Virus record (IMG/VR): IMGVR_UViG_3300027975_000012
Span: 1-28,609 of that record
From: a virus
Taxonomy: Duplodnaviria > Caudoviricetes
Direction: 5' to 3' (one strand)
Length of the DNA: 28,609 nt
Below are positions 1 to 8,454 of this stretch, in pieces. The notes under the pieces were generated by a model. The model saw only the letters and a program-made list of their open reading frames with translations. It did not search any database and was not told the origin of the DNA. Numbering within the stretch: position 1 is the first letter of the stretch; every line of letters begins with the position of its first letter. The position numbers and the translations under genes are program-made.

Positions 1-1598
1 TTTGTTACATCGGCACTAGAGCCTTGAATTAAATAGTTTAACCCTTTGTATGTAAAGTCCCAAGTCCTGGGTAATCCAGATACTTTATCTTCAATAGTTT
101 TAGAAGGCTCTTTGAAATACTTACGACCACCCCAAGTTTGTATTGGTTCTCCAGCATCCCAAGTTGCTTTAATAGAATCTTGGATATTCTTAATTCCCGG
201 AAGATGCTTAAGGTATGATGATTTAATTAATCTAGCCTCATATTCAGATAAGCCCAAACCTTCTGCTAATTTAGGAATCCCAGAACCATACAAAATACTA
301 AACGCAGTAGTCTTTGCACTTAACCGAGTTAACTCTTTGCCTGTTGCTTGCGTTAGAATGCTAGACATCATTGCGTGCATGTCAAGTCTTGGTTCCGCCC
401 GAAATGCTCGCATCAAAGCATCATCATCATAATGGGCTAGTAAGCGGATTTCTTGGGAAGCATAATCATTTTCGCACCAATCATGCCCTTCTTCAGGTAG
501 AAAGTATTTTTTCATTATAGGTAGCGGTGGAAGACTGAAGCCTTCTGGTACTATGACTTTTCTTGATGGTACATTTAGCATTGATGGATTAGAAGATAAC
601 CTTCCTGTCCTAGTACCCGCAAAGCCACCATTTTGTTCATTGTTACGCACTTGATTCCAAGTGAAGTGGAGACGACCATTGACATTTTTCTCAACCCAAG
701 AAGATAAAAAGGTACCAACAAATGTTGATAAAGTAGCTCTATAGTTAAGTAGCGCTAACAATTCAGGGTCATTAATGGCTTGGGCTAAGCTAGCTTTGTT
801 TGTCGCGTTTTTTCCAGTTTTAGTTTTAAGCCAATTAATATCTTCATAGTTATTTTCTACCGCCTTCGCTAATTCTGCACCACTATCAATATTAAAAGTC
901 ATTCCTAATTTAGTATATATTCTAGCCTCAATATCGTTTTTAATTTTTGAGTATTTAATAAGGTCCGTGTATAGAGTTACTTCGTCTAATCGTATGCCGT
1001 CTAAAGTACTCTGACATAAGATAGGCATTAGTTGCATCTCACGATCGTAGGCTTTACCTCTATGCTCTTCGTATATCTTACAGAATAATGCATGGGTCAT
1101 ATCTGTATCGGCACAGGCATAAGGTGCAACCATGTCACCAGGGACTTTTGATATATAAGCACCAAGGTTCGACTTAGCACCAGAGACATTGGTTTTTATC
1201 CAATCGTATAATTCTGTTTGCTCTAAGGCAGATCGCCCAAGAATTTTTTCAGCAGAAGGCTTTAGGGATAAGGTGAGAGCATGCGGATTTGCTAAGAATA
1301 AAAGAATTAAAGTATCATGTAGCTTAGCCGGGAAGTCTATACCAAAATGATACTTTGCAACTGAGATATCAAATGTAGCATTGTGGCATAGAATCGGATG
1401 GTTTTTGAATAAATCCACTAAGATATTTGATGCTCTGGTATGCGAGCAGTTATTACCACCCGGATGGCCCCATGCTAAATAATAGCTTGGTTGCCCAGGC
1501 ATTTTAATTGATACCCCAACAGGCAATGGTGGTAGGCTGCCTTCTATTGCTTCTGTTTCAAAGTCAATGGTTACTAGGTTGTCTAAGAGGCTCATCAT
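1..1598 (-). CDS. polA: Family A DNA polymerase with N-terminal 3'-5' exonuclease, truncated at the window edge (not in ORF track)
   Basis: Manual translation of both ends: MMSLLDNLVTIDFETEAI (ExoI DxE), motif A NDYASQEIRLLAHY, motif B RLSAKTTAFSILYG, then NYLIQGSSADVTK at the edge. Start overlaps the upstream stop (ATGA). Confidence 0.95.
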   Translation of the reverse strand, partial: MMSLLDNLVTIDFETEAIEGSLPPLPVGVSIKMPGQPSYYLAWGHPGGNNCSHTRASNILVDLFKNHPILCHNATFDISVAKYHFGIDFPAKLHDTLILLFLANPHALTLSLKPSAEKILGRSALEQTELYDWIKTNVSGAKSNLGAYISKVPGDMVAPYACADTDMTHALFCKIYEEHRGKAYDREMQLMPILCQSTLDGIRLDEVTLYTDLIKYSKIKNDIEARIYTKLGMTFNIDSGAELAKAVENNYEDINWLKTKTGKNATNKASLAQAINDPELLALLNYRATLSTFVGTFLSSWVEKNVNGRLHFTWNQVRNNEQNGGFAGTRTGRLSSNPSMLNVPSRKVIVPEGFSLPPLPIMKKYFLPEEGHDWCENDYASQEIRLLAHYDDDALMRAFRAEPRLDMHAMMSSILTQATGKELTRLSAKTTAFSILYGSGIPKLAEGLGLSEYEARLIKSSYLKHLPGIKNIQDSIKATWDAGEPIQTWGGRKYFKEPSKTIEDKVSGLPRTWDFTYKGLNYLIQGSSADVT

Positions 1599-1864
1599 TG
1601 CACCATATTGTCAATAAAGCTTTCTGCTTCCATGTCTAATAAAATATCGCTTTCTAAGCTCTCTATGGCTGATTCAGATAGAGCGTCTAGTAAATTAATT
1701 GAGCTTCCAGGTAAAGATACAGATAAAAATTCAAGCTCTGCTGGTTCATCCGGATAACAATTCTCTGGTGGGCCTGAGAATCTACCAGGTACTAAAGGCT
1801 TATAAATGAATTCTACTGCAAATATAATATTTTCGTATTCAATTGTTGTAAATAAGGTTTTCAT
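1595..1864 (-). CDS. Hypothetical acidic phage protein (SGPPENCYPDEP motif)
   Basis: ORF track 1595..1888; better start is ATG 1864 after SD TTGGAG. Confidence 0.8.
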   Translation of the reverse strand: MKTLFTTIEYENIIFAVEFIYKPLVPGRFSGPPENCYPDEPAELEFLSVSLPGSSINLLDALSESAIESLESDILLDMEAESFIDNMVQ

Positions 1865-1882
1865 CGTATTTCTCCAAAGAGT

Positions 1883-1896
1883 GGCCATCCTTGGCC
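1883..1896 (-). promoter_or_regulatory. GGA-loop RNA hairpin (CsrA/RsmA-type site) upstream of RBS
   Basis: GGCC-AAGGAU-GGCC; its GGA is 12 nt before the GGA of the SD. Confidence 0.55.
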
Positions 1897-1905
1897 GTTA
1901 AATTA

Positions 1906-2676
1906 TTATTTTTTAAGGGGCTTTGCTGGTGCAGCTGTATGCTCGTCGTCTGTTAAAGCATAGTCATAGGTAATAGCTTTTTCAGCTTCGTCAATCCTTC
2001 TAAGTACCGCATTCATTAGATGCCCAGGAATTGATTGTATTGGGTTTAATCCAACACGATACTGAGTTTTAGCATCAGGTACAACAGACAATGTGGACAC
2101 TACACCAAACATCGGCCGGCCTAGTACCATTTCACATTTAGATGCAAAGGTATCAAAGTCTTTACAAGATGTAACAGGTAAAGTAGCATAGCGTAATTCG
2201 CCACCCAGGATGTCTTGCTCTGATTCAATAGAGCCAGGAATTACTGCAATACGGTAACGAGTCTTACAGGCTTTACCACGACCACCTTGCGGATCAGAAC
2301 CCCATTGGTAATGCGGGCACTCTTTACAATTGTCTGCTTGTTTTTCTTTAACATCATCAGATGGCCACATATCTTCGAGGCTTTGATATACCGCATAGCA
2401 CAATGGAGTCTGAGTCGCAGTGGGGTCGAATTTGCCTCTGTAGTAAGAATTCTCAGCGATAAACGTCAGGACAACTACGTCCAGCTTATTGTCAGGAATT
2501 GGTACTTTATCAACGTTCAAAATACCACCGCGGAAGCTCAGGAATTTGGGTCCTGTGCTAAGTGCCGCACGTTGCGCGGATTGTTGAGCTGCTTTTGCCT
2601 TACAAACCTCCTCCCATGATTGCAATTCAGTTGATTCGGTTGATTCGGTTGATTCGGTTGATTTTTCAATAGTCAT
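1906..2676 (-). CDS. Replication-module protein, putative ssDNA-binding/annealing, Cys-containing
   Basis: Beta-rich core, CKECP and GKACK cysteine motifs, acidic/Pro tail, located near the DNA polymerase. Function is inferred. Confidence 0.6.
   Translation of the reverse strand: MTIEKSTESTESTESTELQSWEEVCKAKAAQQSAQRAALSTGPKFLSFRGGILNVDKVPIPDNKLDVVVLTFIAENSYYRGKFDPTATQTPLCYAVYQSLEDMWPSDDVKEKQADNCKECPHYQWGSDPQGGRGKACKTRYRIAVIPGSIESEQDILGGELRYATLPVTSCKDFDTFASKCEMVLGRPMFGVVSTLSVVPDAKTQYRVGLNPIQSIPGHLMNAVLRRIDEAEKAITYDYALTDDEHTAAPAKPLKK
2625..2663. repeat. 9-bp tandem repeat, about 4.3 copies, encoding (STE)4
   Basis: ATTCAGTTG ATTCGGTTG ATTCGGTTG ATTCGGTTG ATT. Confidence 0.9.
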
Positions 2677-2677
2677 T

Positions 2678-2815
2678 TTATTTACCTGCTTTTGCTAGTT
2701 GATGTGGAGTTTTTTCATCGCGTTTAGCTATGCTTGGTATACCGTAGTATTGCAAACAAGGGCTATCGCATTTACCTGCGTTTCTTCTTTTAATTCGTTC
2801 TTGACGACTAAACAT
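2678..2815 (-). CDS. Small basic hypothetical protein, 45 aa (not in track)
   Basis: MFSRQERIKRRNAGKCDSPCLQYYG...AKAGK; fills the gap between its neighbours; AGGT SD. Confidence 0.6.
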   Translation of the reverse strand: MFSRQERIKRRNAGKCDSPCLQYYGIPSIAKRDEKTPHQLAKAGK

Positions 2816-2816
2816 T

Positions 2817-3203
2817 TTAGTTACCTGCCTTTGTTAAAGATACTTTAGTTAACTCGAATACCTCAGTTCCGGGAACGATTAGATTGCTTTCTTCTTTAAA
2901 TGATTTCCATACAGGAACAGATATTCTTTTCTGCAGTAAACCAAATTCATTTGTAGTAGCCACAAACTTATAGAGTATGGGCCAATTTGTAACATTGGGT
3001 GTAATTTCAGTTTTAAAACTAAAATTAGCCCTATTACCACGCCCAGCTTTTAAGTCTACTTCACTTAAGCCAGAAACAATATCTTTACTTAATTGAGCCT
3101 CCACTTTCTTTAACACATCAGCGGCTCGCTCTAGTTTCAAACGTTCTTCTCTAGTTTCATATAGTGCGTCAATCATTGCACCTATTGCACCTGTGTTATT
3201 CAT
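2817..3203 (-). CDS. Hypothetical coiled-coil protein (Gam/Gp157-like architecture)
   Basis: N-terminal coiled coil then PNVTNW...LLQKRIS; start ATG 3203 with SD GAGGTG. Confidence 0.7.
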   Translation of the reverse strand: MNNTGAIGAMIDALYETREERLKLERAADVLKKVEAQLSKDIVSGLSEVDLKAGRGNRANFSFKTEITPNVTNWPILYKFVATTNEFGLLQKRISVPVWKSFKEESNLIVPGTEVFELTKVSLTKAGN

Positions 3204-3588
3204 AAGACACCTCAAGAATTTCAGCAATTTTAATTTCAGGTGATACCCAATCAGCCGGCTTTACTAAATCATGTATGTATCCCCTTTTACCTAGATTTTC
3301 TGGGTCTACTTTTATTTTTAACATGTTAGCTTCATGCACAGCATTCCAAAGAGCATCAAATGGAAGGCCCATTTCAATAACACCACCAAATGCTACGTAG
3401 ACTATATCTACAATAGCATCAGCAGCTGCTACTAAGTCTCTGTCATTATGGGCTGTTACAAGCTCACTTACTTCTTCCATTAAAAACTTAACTCTAAATT
3501 GCAAAGTTTCACGATCTAGCAAAGTTGGTTCTAGAGCTATTGGCAGCTTAAACTTCTTTCTTAATTCTTCTACATCATCAATATACAT
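3196..3588 (-). CDS. All-alpha NTP pyrophosphohydrolase (MazG/PRA-PH, DR2231-like)
   Basis: EEVSE...ADAIVDIVYV metal motif, VHEANMLK, KPADW. Confidence 0.88.
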   Translation of the reverse strand: MYIDDVEELRKKFKLPIALEPTLLDRETLQFRVKFLMEEVSELVTAHNDRDLVAAADAIVDIVYVAFGGVIEMGLPFDALWNAVHEANMLKIKVDPENLGKRGYIHDLVKPADWVSPEIKIAEILEVSYE

Positions 3589-3598
3589 TATTATCTCC

Positions 3599-3922
3599 TC
3601 AAATAGTACAAATTATAAATTTGATTCCAATTTCTCTCAGTGCTTTATTGCATTTAGCGCAGGGTACTTTGGTAACAATAGCCGCATAAGGTATTTTACC
3701 CAAGGGAATATTGCCAATAGCCGCAAGTTCAGCATGTAATGTTCCACAGCTAACTTCACCATTTATCGCGGGGCAATGGTCACCTACACAATAACCACTA
3801 TTGTAGCCACTAGCAATTGGGTCCCAGTCACAATCAACAATAATACAACCCACTTGGGCTCTTTTACAACTTGCTAAGCGGCTTATGTTTTGCGCAAAGT
3901 TTGCCAAACGCTCAATGCTCAT
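3599..3922 (-). CDS. Deoxycytidylate (dCMP) deaminase, compact
   Basis: SCKRAQVGCII, SGYN, HAE and PCAKC zinc motifs. Confidence 0.9.
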   Translation of the reverse strand: MSIERLANFAQNISRLASCKRAQVGCIIVDCDWDPIASGYNSGYCVGDHCPAINGEVSCGTLHAELAAIGNIPLGKIPYAAIVTKVPCAKCNKALREIGIKFIICTI

Positions 3923-3930
3923 TTTGTCAC

Positions 3931-4743
3931 CTATACAAACAATTCAAACTTCATAACCGGACCATGGTTATAACCTAATAAAGTTACATCTAAATCAGGG
4001 TCAAAATTCCATATAGTGACATTAGGGCCTATTACTAAATCAGGAGACTTAAAGACTTCGAGTTTTTCAAAGCGAATTGCATCCATTACATGTGGTAGGT
4101 AAATATGGGCATTATGCAAATCAAACCGCATAGTGCCTACTTTAAGCCCAGTCTGTTGTGCTAGCAAATGCTGAAGTAAAGCATACACTACCATATCATA
4201 TGGCAATCCCAGCATAACATCACAAGACCTCATAGTTACAATGGAATCAAGCTTGCCTTTATGCACATTATACTGTGCACTTATATGACATGGAGGTAAA
4301 ACCATTTCATTAATTTCACCAGGATTCCATGTTTGTAAAATAAGTCGCCGCGAGGCTGGGTCATTTTTAATCATTGCGACCAAAACATCTAATTGATTAA
4401 GCCAGGTTTTTTTGTCTTTGCCAAATGGTGGACATTCCCAATCAACCCATTGCTTGCCATAAATTGGGCCAAGATCATCAATATCAGGCCGACCAAATTT
4501 ATCCCAATAATTACAGCCATTAGCCCGAAACTCTGACTTTTTAGTTTGACCTTTAAGGAACGTAGCCAACTCACCAACAGCCTGACTAAAATCAATCTTA
4601 CGGGCTGTGACAATTGGAAAGCCATCAGCTAGATCAACGGTTAATGTCTCACCAAAAATGGCCAGTGTACCTTTGCCAGTGCGGTCACTGTATTCTTCAC
4701 CTTTTGATAGGATTCTTCCTACTAAGTCTTTATACTCTCTCAT
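3931..4743 (-). CDS. thyA: Thymidylate synthase homolog; Asp at Asn177-equivalent suggests dCMP methyltransferase
   Basis: DRTGKGT, LGPIYGKQW, SRR, LPPCH (Cys152), RSCDVMLGLPYD (Asp183), HIY. Confidence 0.92.
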   Translation of the reverse strand: MREYKDLVGRILSKGEEYSDRTGKGTLAIFGETLTVDLADGFPIVTARKIDFSQAVGELATFLKGQTKKSEFRANGCNYWDKFGRPDIDDLGPIYGKQWVDWECPPFGKDKKTWLNQLDVLVAMIKNDPASRRLILQTWNPGEINEMVLPPCHISAQYNVHKGKLDSIVTMRSCDVMLGLPYDMVVYALLQHLLAQQTGLKVGTMRFDLHNAHIYLPHVMDAIRFEKLEVFKSPDLVIGPNVTIWNFDPDLDVTLLGYNHGPVMKFELFV

Positions 4744-4754
4744 ATTAATTCTCC

Positions 4755-5111
4755 TCAGGAGTTTGCTATTAAGTAGTCCATCATCTTTTCTTTTCTATTG
4801 GCCATCATCCAACCAGGCCTATTTTCTACCATCCACTTACAATCATAAGAAATCATAACATCAGGATAGTTATCTGCAAGCCATTCTGGGTAATGTTTTA
4901 CAACCCAAAGCGGCCTATTCGTTACAACCCAATTTGGCATATTCTCAAATATGAATTGATCAGCTTTTGAGAACATTGTATACGGATTATCTAAGAACCA
5001 ATCACGATAGTGAGCATACACCCATTCAGGGCTTATCATGCACATCTCATATCTTTCTGCATGGGCAAACCCATCACGCTTTTCGAGCCTAGGCTTATAA
5101 TCCGCGTTCAT
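4755..5111 (-). CDS. Hypothetical protein with 8-residue Pro/Trp repeats
   Basis: PNWVVTNR-PLWVVKHY-PEWLADNY-PDVMISYD-CKWMVENR-PGWMMANR; ATGA-coupled to the upstream gene. Confidence 0.8.
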   Translation of the reverse strand: MNADYKPRLEKRDGFAHAERYEMCMISPEWVYAHYRDWFLDNPYTMFSKADQFIFENMPNWVVTNRPLWVVKHYPEWLADNYPDVMISYDCKWMVENRPGWMMANRKEKMMDYLIANS

Positions 5112-5404
5112 TTGGACTTTGCTGTATTAGACTTTTCTTCAACAAGATAGTTAACTACTAACTGAGAATAGCCACAAATGTCAACCCAATTATCCGGATA
5201 TAATGGGTCACCGTTTAAAATACGAGCCATTTTATGACATATCATCGTTAAAGCTTCTTTTTGGATATTCCGGAGCTCAGCCCAGTTTGGATTATCTCGT
5301 AAAGTCTCTTGCAATTCTTGTGATATATTACTATGCCTCACAAAAGAACCATACCGCTCTCCACGTTGTTTTAGTATCTCTGGTATTTCTACTGCATTAG
5401 ACAT
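5108..5404 (-). CDS. DUF6378-like alpha-helical protein, possibly nucleotide metabolism
   Basis: ILKQRGERYGSF...KMARILNGDP...DNWVDICGY; start ATG 5404 after TTGGAG. Confidence 0.8.
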   Translation of the reverse strand: MSNAVEIPEILKQRGERYGSFVRHSNISQELQETLRDNPNWAELRNIQKEALTMICHKMARILNGDPLYPDNWVDICGYSQLVVNYLVEEKSNTAKSK

Positions 5405-5421
5405 TGTTTTCTCCAAGTATA

Positions 5422-5454
5422 ACTGCACCTACATATAAGATGTATAGGTGCAGT
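5422..5454. terminator. Intergenic stem-loop (weak terminator or processing site)
   Basis: ACTGCACCTA...TAGGTGCAGT 10-bp perfect stem; only a poor U-tail on the minus strand. Confidence 0.5.
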
Positions 5455-5477
5455 CTTTATGATTAAATGGTTAAGCT

Positions 5478-6104
5478 TTACGCAGCTTCAGCTTCTTCAG
5501 TGGCTTCTTCATCAGTCTGGTCCCCTTCGAGGCCTTGGTCTTCAGTTGCTTCAGCAGGCTTTGCTTTAACAGGACGTTTGCCATCAGGCCAATTTTTCAA
5601 TGCGTTGCGGTACCAGTTGATGCAGTTAATGTTGGTACGATTTTCAGGCCATTCTTCAGCTACACGTGCCATTATTTCATCGTTGGTAAGCCCTTCAGTA
5701 ATTAAGCCCTTAATGAATGCACCGACGCCAGTAGGACCGCGGGCAACAACAGCTTTGCCACTTAAGCCTTTGATTTCAGCTTTGATTTCATCAGCTCTTG
5801 TAGTAATAGTAGCCAGCTCTTCACGCAACTCATTCAAGCGAAGTTCATTGGCTGCTTTTTCTTCAGCCGCTGCTTCAATTTGTTCTGCAGTCAAAATAAC
5901 TAGTTCAGCTTTTGGACCACGTGGGGCTCTTGTTTTCTTTTCGGCAGTTACTTTTACTTTAGCTGCAGCAATGATCGCTTCTGCTTCTGCTTTAGCGGCC
6001 GCCAGAATTTCTTGTGGCGTCATGCCTTCGTAGGGATTAACTTCTTCATTAGAAGTTTCGCCCTCAGGCAATTCGGTTTCTTTATTTGCTTTTACTTTAG
6101 CCAT
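5478..6104 (-). CDS. Acidic coiled-coil protein with C-terminal helical (HTH-like) domain; paralog of 11599..11928
   Basis: TGVGAFIKGLITEGLTNDEI...CINWYRNALK; has its own promoter and SD TTGGAG. Confidence 0.85.
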   Translation of the reverse strand: MAKVKANKETELPEGETSNEEVNPYEGMTPQEILAAAKAEAEAIIAAAKVKVTAEKKTRAPRGPKAELVILTAEQIEAAAEEKAANELRLNELREELATITTRADEIKAEIKGLSGKAVVARGPTGVGAFIKGLITEGLTNDEIMARVAEEWPENRTNINCINWYRNALKNWPDGKRPVKAKPAEATEDQGLEGDQTDEEATEEAEAA

Positions 6105-6163
6105 AGTAGTATCTCCAATATTTAGTTTAAATTATGCTAAGAGGAAATCTCAAAACATAAATA

Positions 6164-6192
6164 ATTATACATTAAAAATTTAAAAAAGTACA
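6164..6192 (-). promoter_or_regulatory. Sigma70-type promoter
   Basis: TGTACT-17-TATAAT preceded by AAAATAA. Confidence 0.75.
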
Positions 6193-6215
6193 TAATTATT
6201 TTTGTAAAACGACGT

Positions 6216-8300
6216 TTAATTTATCTTAACCCCTGGGAAGTACCTCTCTGCTATGAATTTAAGTACGTCGAACTTCTGCTCATGGGAAACTTTATTGTGG
6301 CTTGGTAGGCATAAAACACAAGGTCTCTGCAGTTGCTTTAAAGTTGACATGTTTGTTAGGTTCATCTGGCTATTTTTCTTATCCCACAAGCCATTTTCAT
6401 AGCCAGCTGCTCTAAGGCGGTTTATAAAGGAGCCTTTACTTAGTTTACTATTATGATTTTCACTCATATACCGATCATACTCAAGCCTAGGAACTACATA
6501 AGGTACATCAGCAAGCTCCTCTCTAACATAGAAGTCAGAATCGTGCATAGTTGCTTCAGCAAAGGCATCTTTACTGTCATTCATAGGCGCTGGTTGTGTA
6601 CCGTCATAGCCTTTTAGATCATAGTTCAAATAATAGTCTAACAAAGCACTGCGGGCTTCTTCAGTATTGACCCATTTCTTTAAAGCATTGTTTTCATCAG
6701 CCCAGAATGCCTTTAATTTTGGGCCTAATCCACCACTGGCTGAAACACTATAGATAACTTCACGCCGGGACTCTGGCTCTACGATATGAGTATAGGCTTC
6801 ATTTGTGGTTATGCAGATTTGAAGATAGTTTTTAATGGACCTGGCTTTGACATACTTTTCATTGACAGTCAAAGACCGGCCAGTGGTCATGTTTTTGATT
6901 AAATTGGTATGCTTCTCTCCTTTCTCACCAATTTCGTTGAGCACTAAAAATTTTCTATCAGCTATTAGTGAGTTAAAGTTATCCCAAAGGTCTCCACCGC
7001 TAGAAACTAGGGCATGGCTGAACTTACCATTAGGCACACCGCGGGGAGCATTGTTTATTATGGCTGCTATGGTCTCAAAATAGAACGACTTACCAATACC
7101 TTGGACTTTAGATTGTAAAATACAGATTCGTTCCTGCTTAACCTCTGGTCTCTGCAGGGTTAGTGCCATACACTCTTCAAAGTAAGGCTTAATCTCAGGG
7201 TCTTCACTAAAGAATAGGTTTGTGAAGTCAGTCCAAGGCTTCGCTTTATTAAAGATGTCAGCCTGGTCATCTAAGTAGCCAGTCCTGCCATAATGCGGCT
7301 GGGTTTTTATGCCTCGCCAATTATTAAGAGCGTAGTTCTTCGTGATTAAGGAGCTACACCCTATGTCAAACTCAATATTTGAAATATGCAGACGGTCAGA
7401 TGCACCCAAGAACTTCTTAGTTGGATGGTCCTCTTTATCATCTGGCTCTGATTCATAGGGATTCTGACAGTTTGCTTCTTCATTCTTAAACTTCTGTACA
7501 GAATAGACTTCAGCGTTGGTAACATCCACGACATCACCCTGCATCACTCCATACTTTGACAATAAAAAGTCCACGCCATCGGATTTAGTGGGCCTGAATC
7601 TCTTTGCGTGATTGAATAGCTCTTGCATTGAGCCACCAAACTCTAAAAAGTCATCTAGGCCTATTTTTTGCGTAGCACCGTTGGTGCCTAACCGGGTGAA
7701 GAATACGTTGCAGCCTCTAATTTTTAGCATCGACGCTAGTCTGAGCTCCGCTTTTCTCACTTCAGGTTTCGGGTCACCATTATACGGCGGCACGGGGTCA
7801 TAATCAAACGTAATATAGACGGTCTTACCAATTGGTAACGAATTGAGTGGCTCCAGCAATACTTTATTGTCATTCCAATATGTTGTAGTACTAGATACGC
7901 CACCCAGGGCTACTGTGGGGACATCTTTACAGGCTATGCTTTTAAATTCTCCTTCTGTTATTTGCAGGGCTATATTGATATTGCTCAAAGTCTCTTTGAC
8001 AACATCGGGGCAATAGACATAATTGTTGGTCCCCGCTTTTTGAAAGTACTTAGCACCACTGAAAAGTCCTAAAAACCGATACCGGCAGAACTTCGCATTG
8101 GGGTACTCTATTTTGATTGCTCCGGAGCCTTTAGCAAACCCAATCTCTTTGGGCATATCTGCTAATGCTATTAGTGACAAGCCATAGTCTTTGGCTGTAT
8201 CGGGGTTTAATCCCAGTTGGAGTAATCGGCCAAAATACTCTTTTTCGGCCGACTCTGCATTTGCCTCTTGAGCTTTTGCTGTGAAGGAATTCGCAGTCAT
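6216..8300 (-). CDS. Primase-helicase (TOPRIM DUF3854-like plus SF3/DUF5906-like NTPase)
   Basis: ITEGEFKS, VYITFDYD, GLDDFL (TOPRIM); QGIGKS Walker A, FLVLNE Walker B, ICITTN motif C. Confidence 0.88.
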   Translation of the reverse strand: MTANSFTAKAQEANAESAEKEYFGRLLQLGLNPDTAKDYGLSLIALADMPKEIGFAKGSGAIKIEYPNAKFCRYRFLGLFSGAKYFQKAGTNNYVYCPDVVKETLSNINIALQITEGEFKSIACKDVPTVALGGVSSTTTYWNDNKVLLEPLNSLPIGKTVYITFDYDPVPPYNGDPKPEVRKAELRLASMLKIRGCNVFFTRLGTNGATQKIGLDDFLEFGGSMQELFNHAKRFRPTKSDGVDFLLSKYGVMQGDVVDVTNAEVYSVQKFKNEEANCQNPYESEPDDKEDHPTKKFLGASDRLHISNIEFDIGCSSLITKNYALNNWRGIKTQPHYGRTGYLDDQADIFNKAKPWTDFTNLFFSEDPEIKPYFEECMALTLQRPEVKQERICILQSKVQGIGKSFYFETIAAIINNAPRGVPNGKFSHALVSSGGDLWDNFNSLIADRKFLVLNEIGEKGEKHTNLIKNMTTGRSLTVNEKYVKARSIKNYLQICITTNEAYTHIVEPESRREVIYSVSASGGLGPKLKAFWADENNALKKWVNTEEARSALLDYYLNYDLKGYDGTQPAPMNDSKDAFAEATMHDSDFYVREELADVPYVVPRLEYDRYMSENHNSKLSKGSFINRLRAAGYENGLWDKKNSQMNLTNMSTLKQLQRPCVLCLPSHNKVSHEQKFDVLKFIAERYFPGVKIN

Positions 8301-8398
8301 ATCGCTCTACTCCTTATTATATAAGCGACTAAAAATAAGTGTGTACAACCACCGATTTTTAGTATATAATAAGCACTACTTCGGTTAAGTACTCTCAT
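8297..8398 (-). CDS. Leader peptide 2 (33 aa), coupled to primase-helicase
   Basis: MRVLNRSSAYYILKIGGCTHLFLVAYIIRSRAI*; SD AAGGAG; its stop overlaps the primase ATG (ATGA). Confidence 0.6.
   Translation of the reverse strand: MRVLNRSSAYYILKIGGCTHLFLVAYIIRSRAI
8342..8370 (+). promoter_or_regulatory. Antisense-facing sigma70-type promoter
   Basis: TGTACA-17-TATAAT with upstream AAAATAA, same design as the other phage promoters. Confidence 0.75.
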
Positions 8399-8436
8399 CA
8401 CTTGCTCCTTAGTAGAATTTGAATCACATAGTTCAT
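8398..8436 (-). CDS. Leader peptide 1 (12 aa)
   Basis: MNYVIQILLRSK*; strong SD GAGGAG; TGATG overlap with leader 2. Confidence 0.55.
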   Translation of the reverse strand: MNYVIQILLRSK

Positions 8437-8454
8437 AGTATTACTCTCCTCTAT

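Noticed and set aside
46-432. Plus-strand 128-aa ORF
   Set aside because: Antisense shadow of the DNA polymerase. The same applies to the other opposite-strand or nested track ORFs (e.g. 2287, 5467, 6835, 14304, 19095, 20168, 21283, 24677).
1-5404. 2-aminoadenine (Z-genome) system
   Set aside because: PolA and a MazG-like gene are present, but no PurZ or HD-domain DatZ is in the window; the cassette is pyrimidine-oriented.
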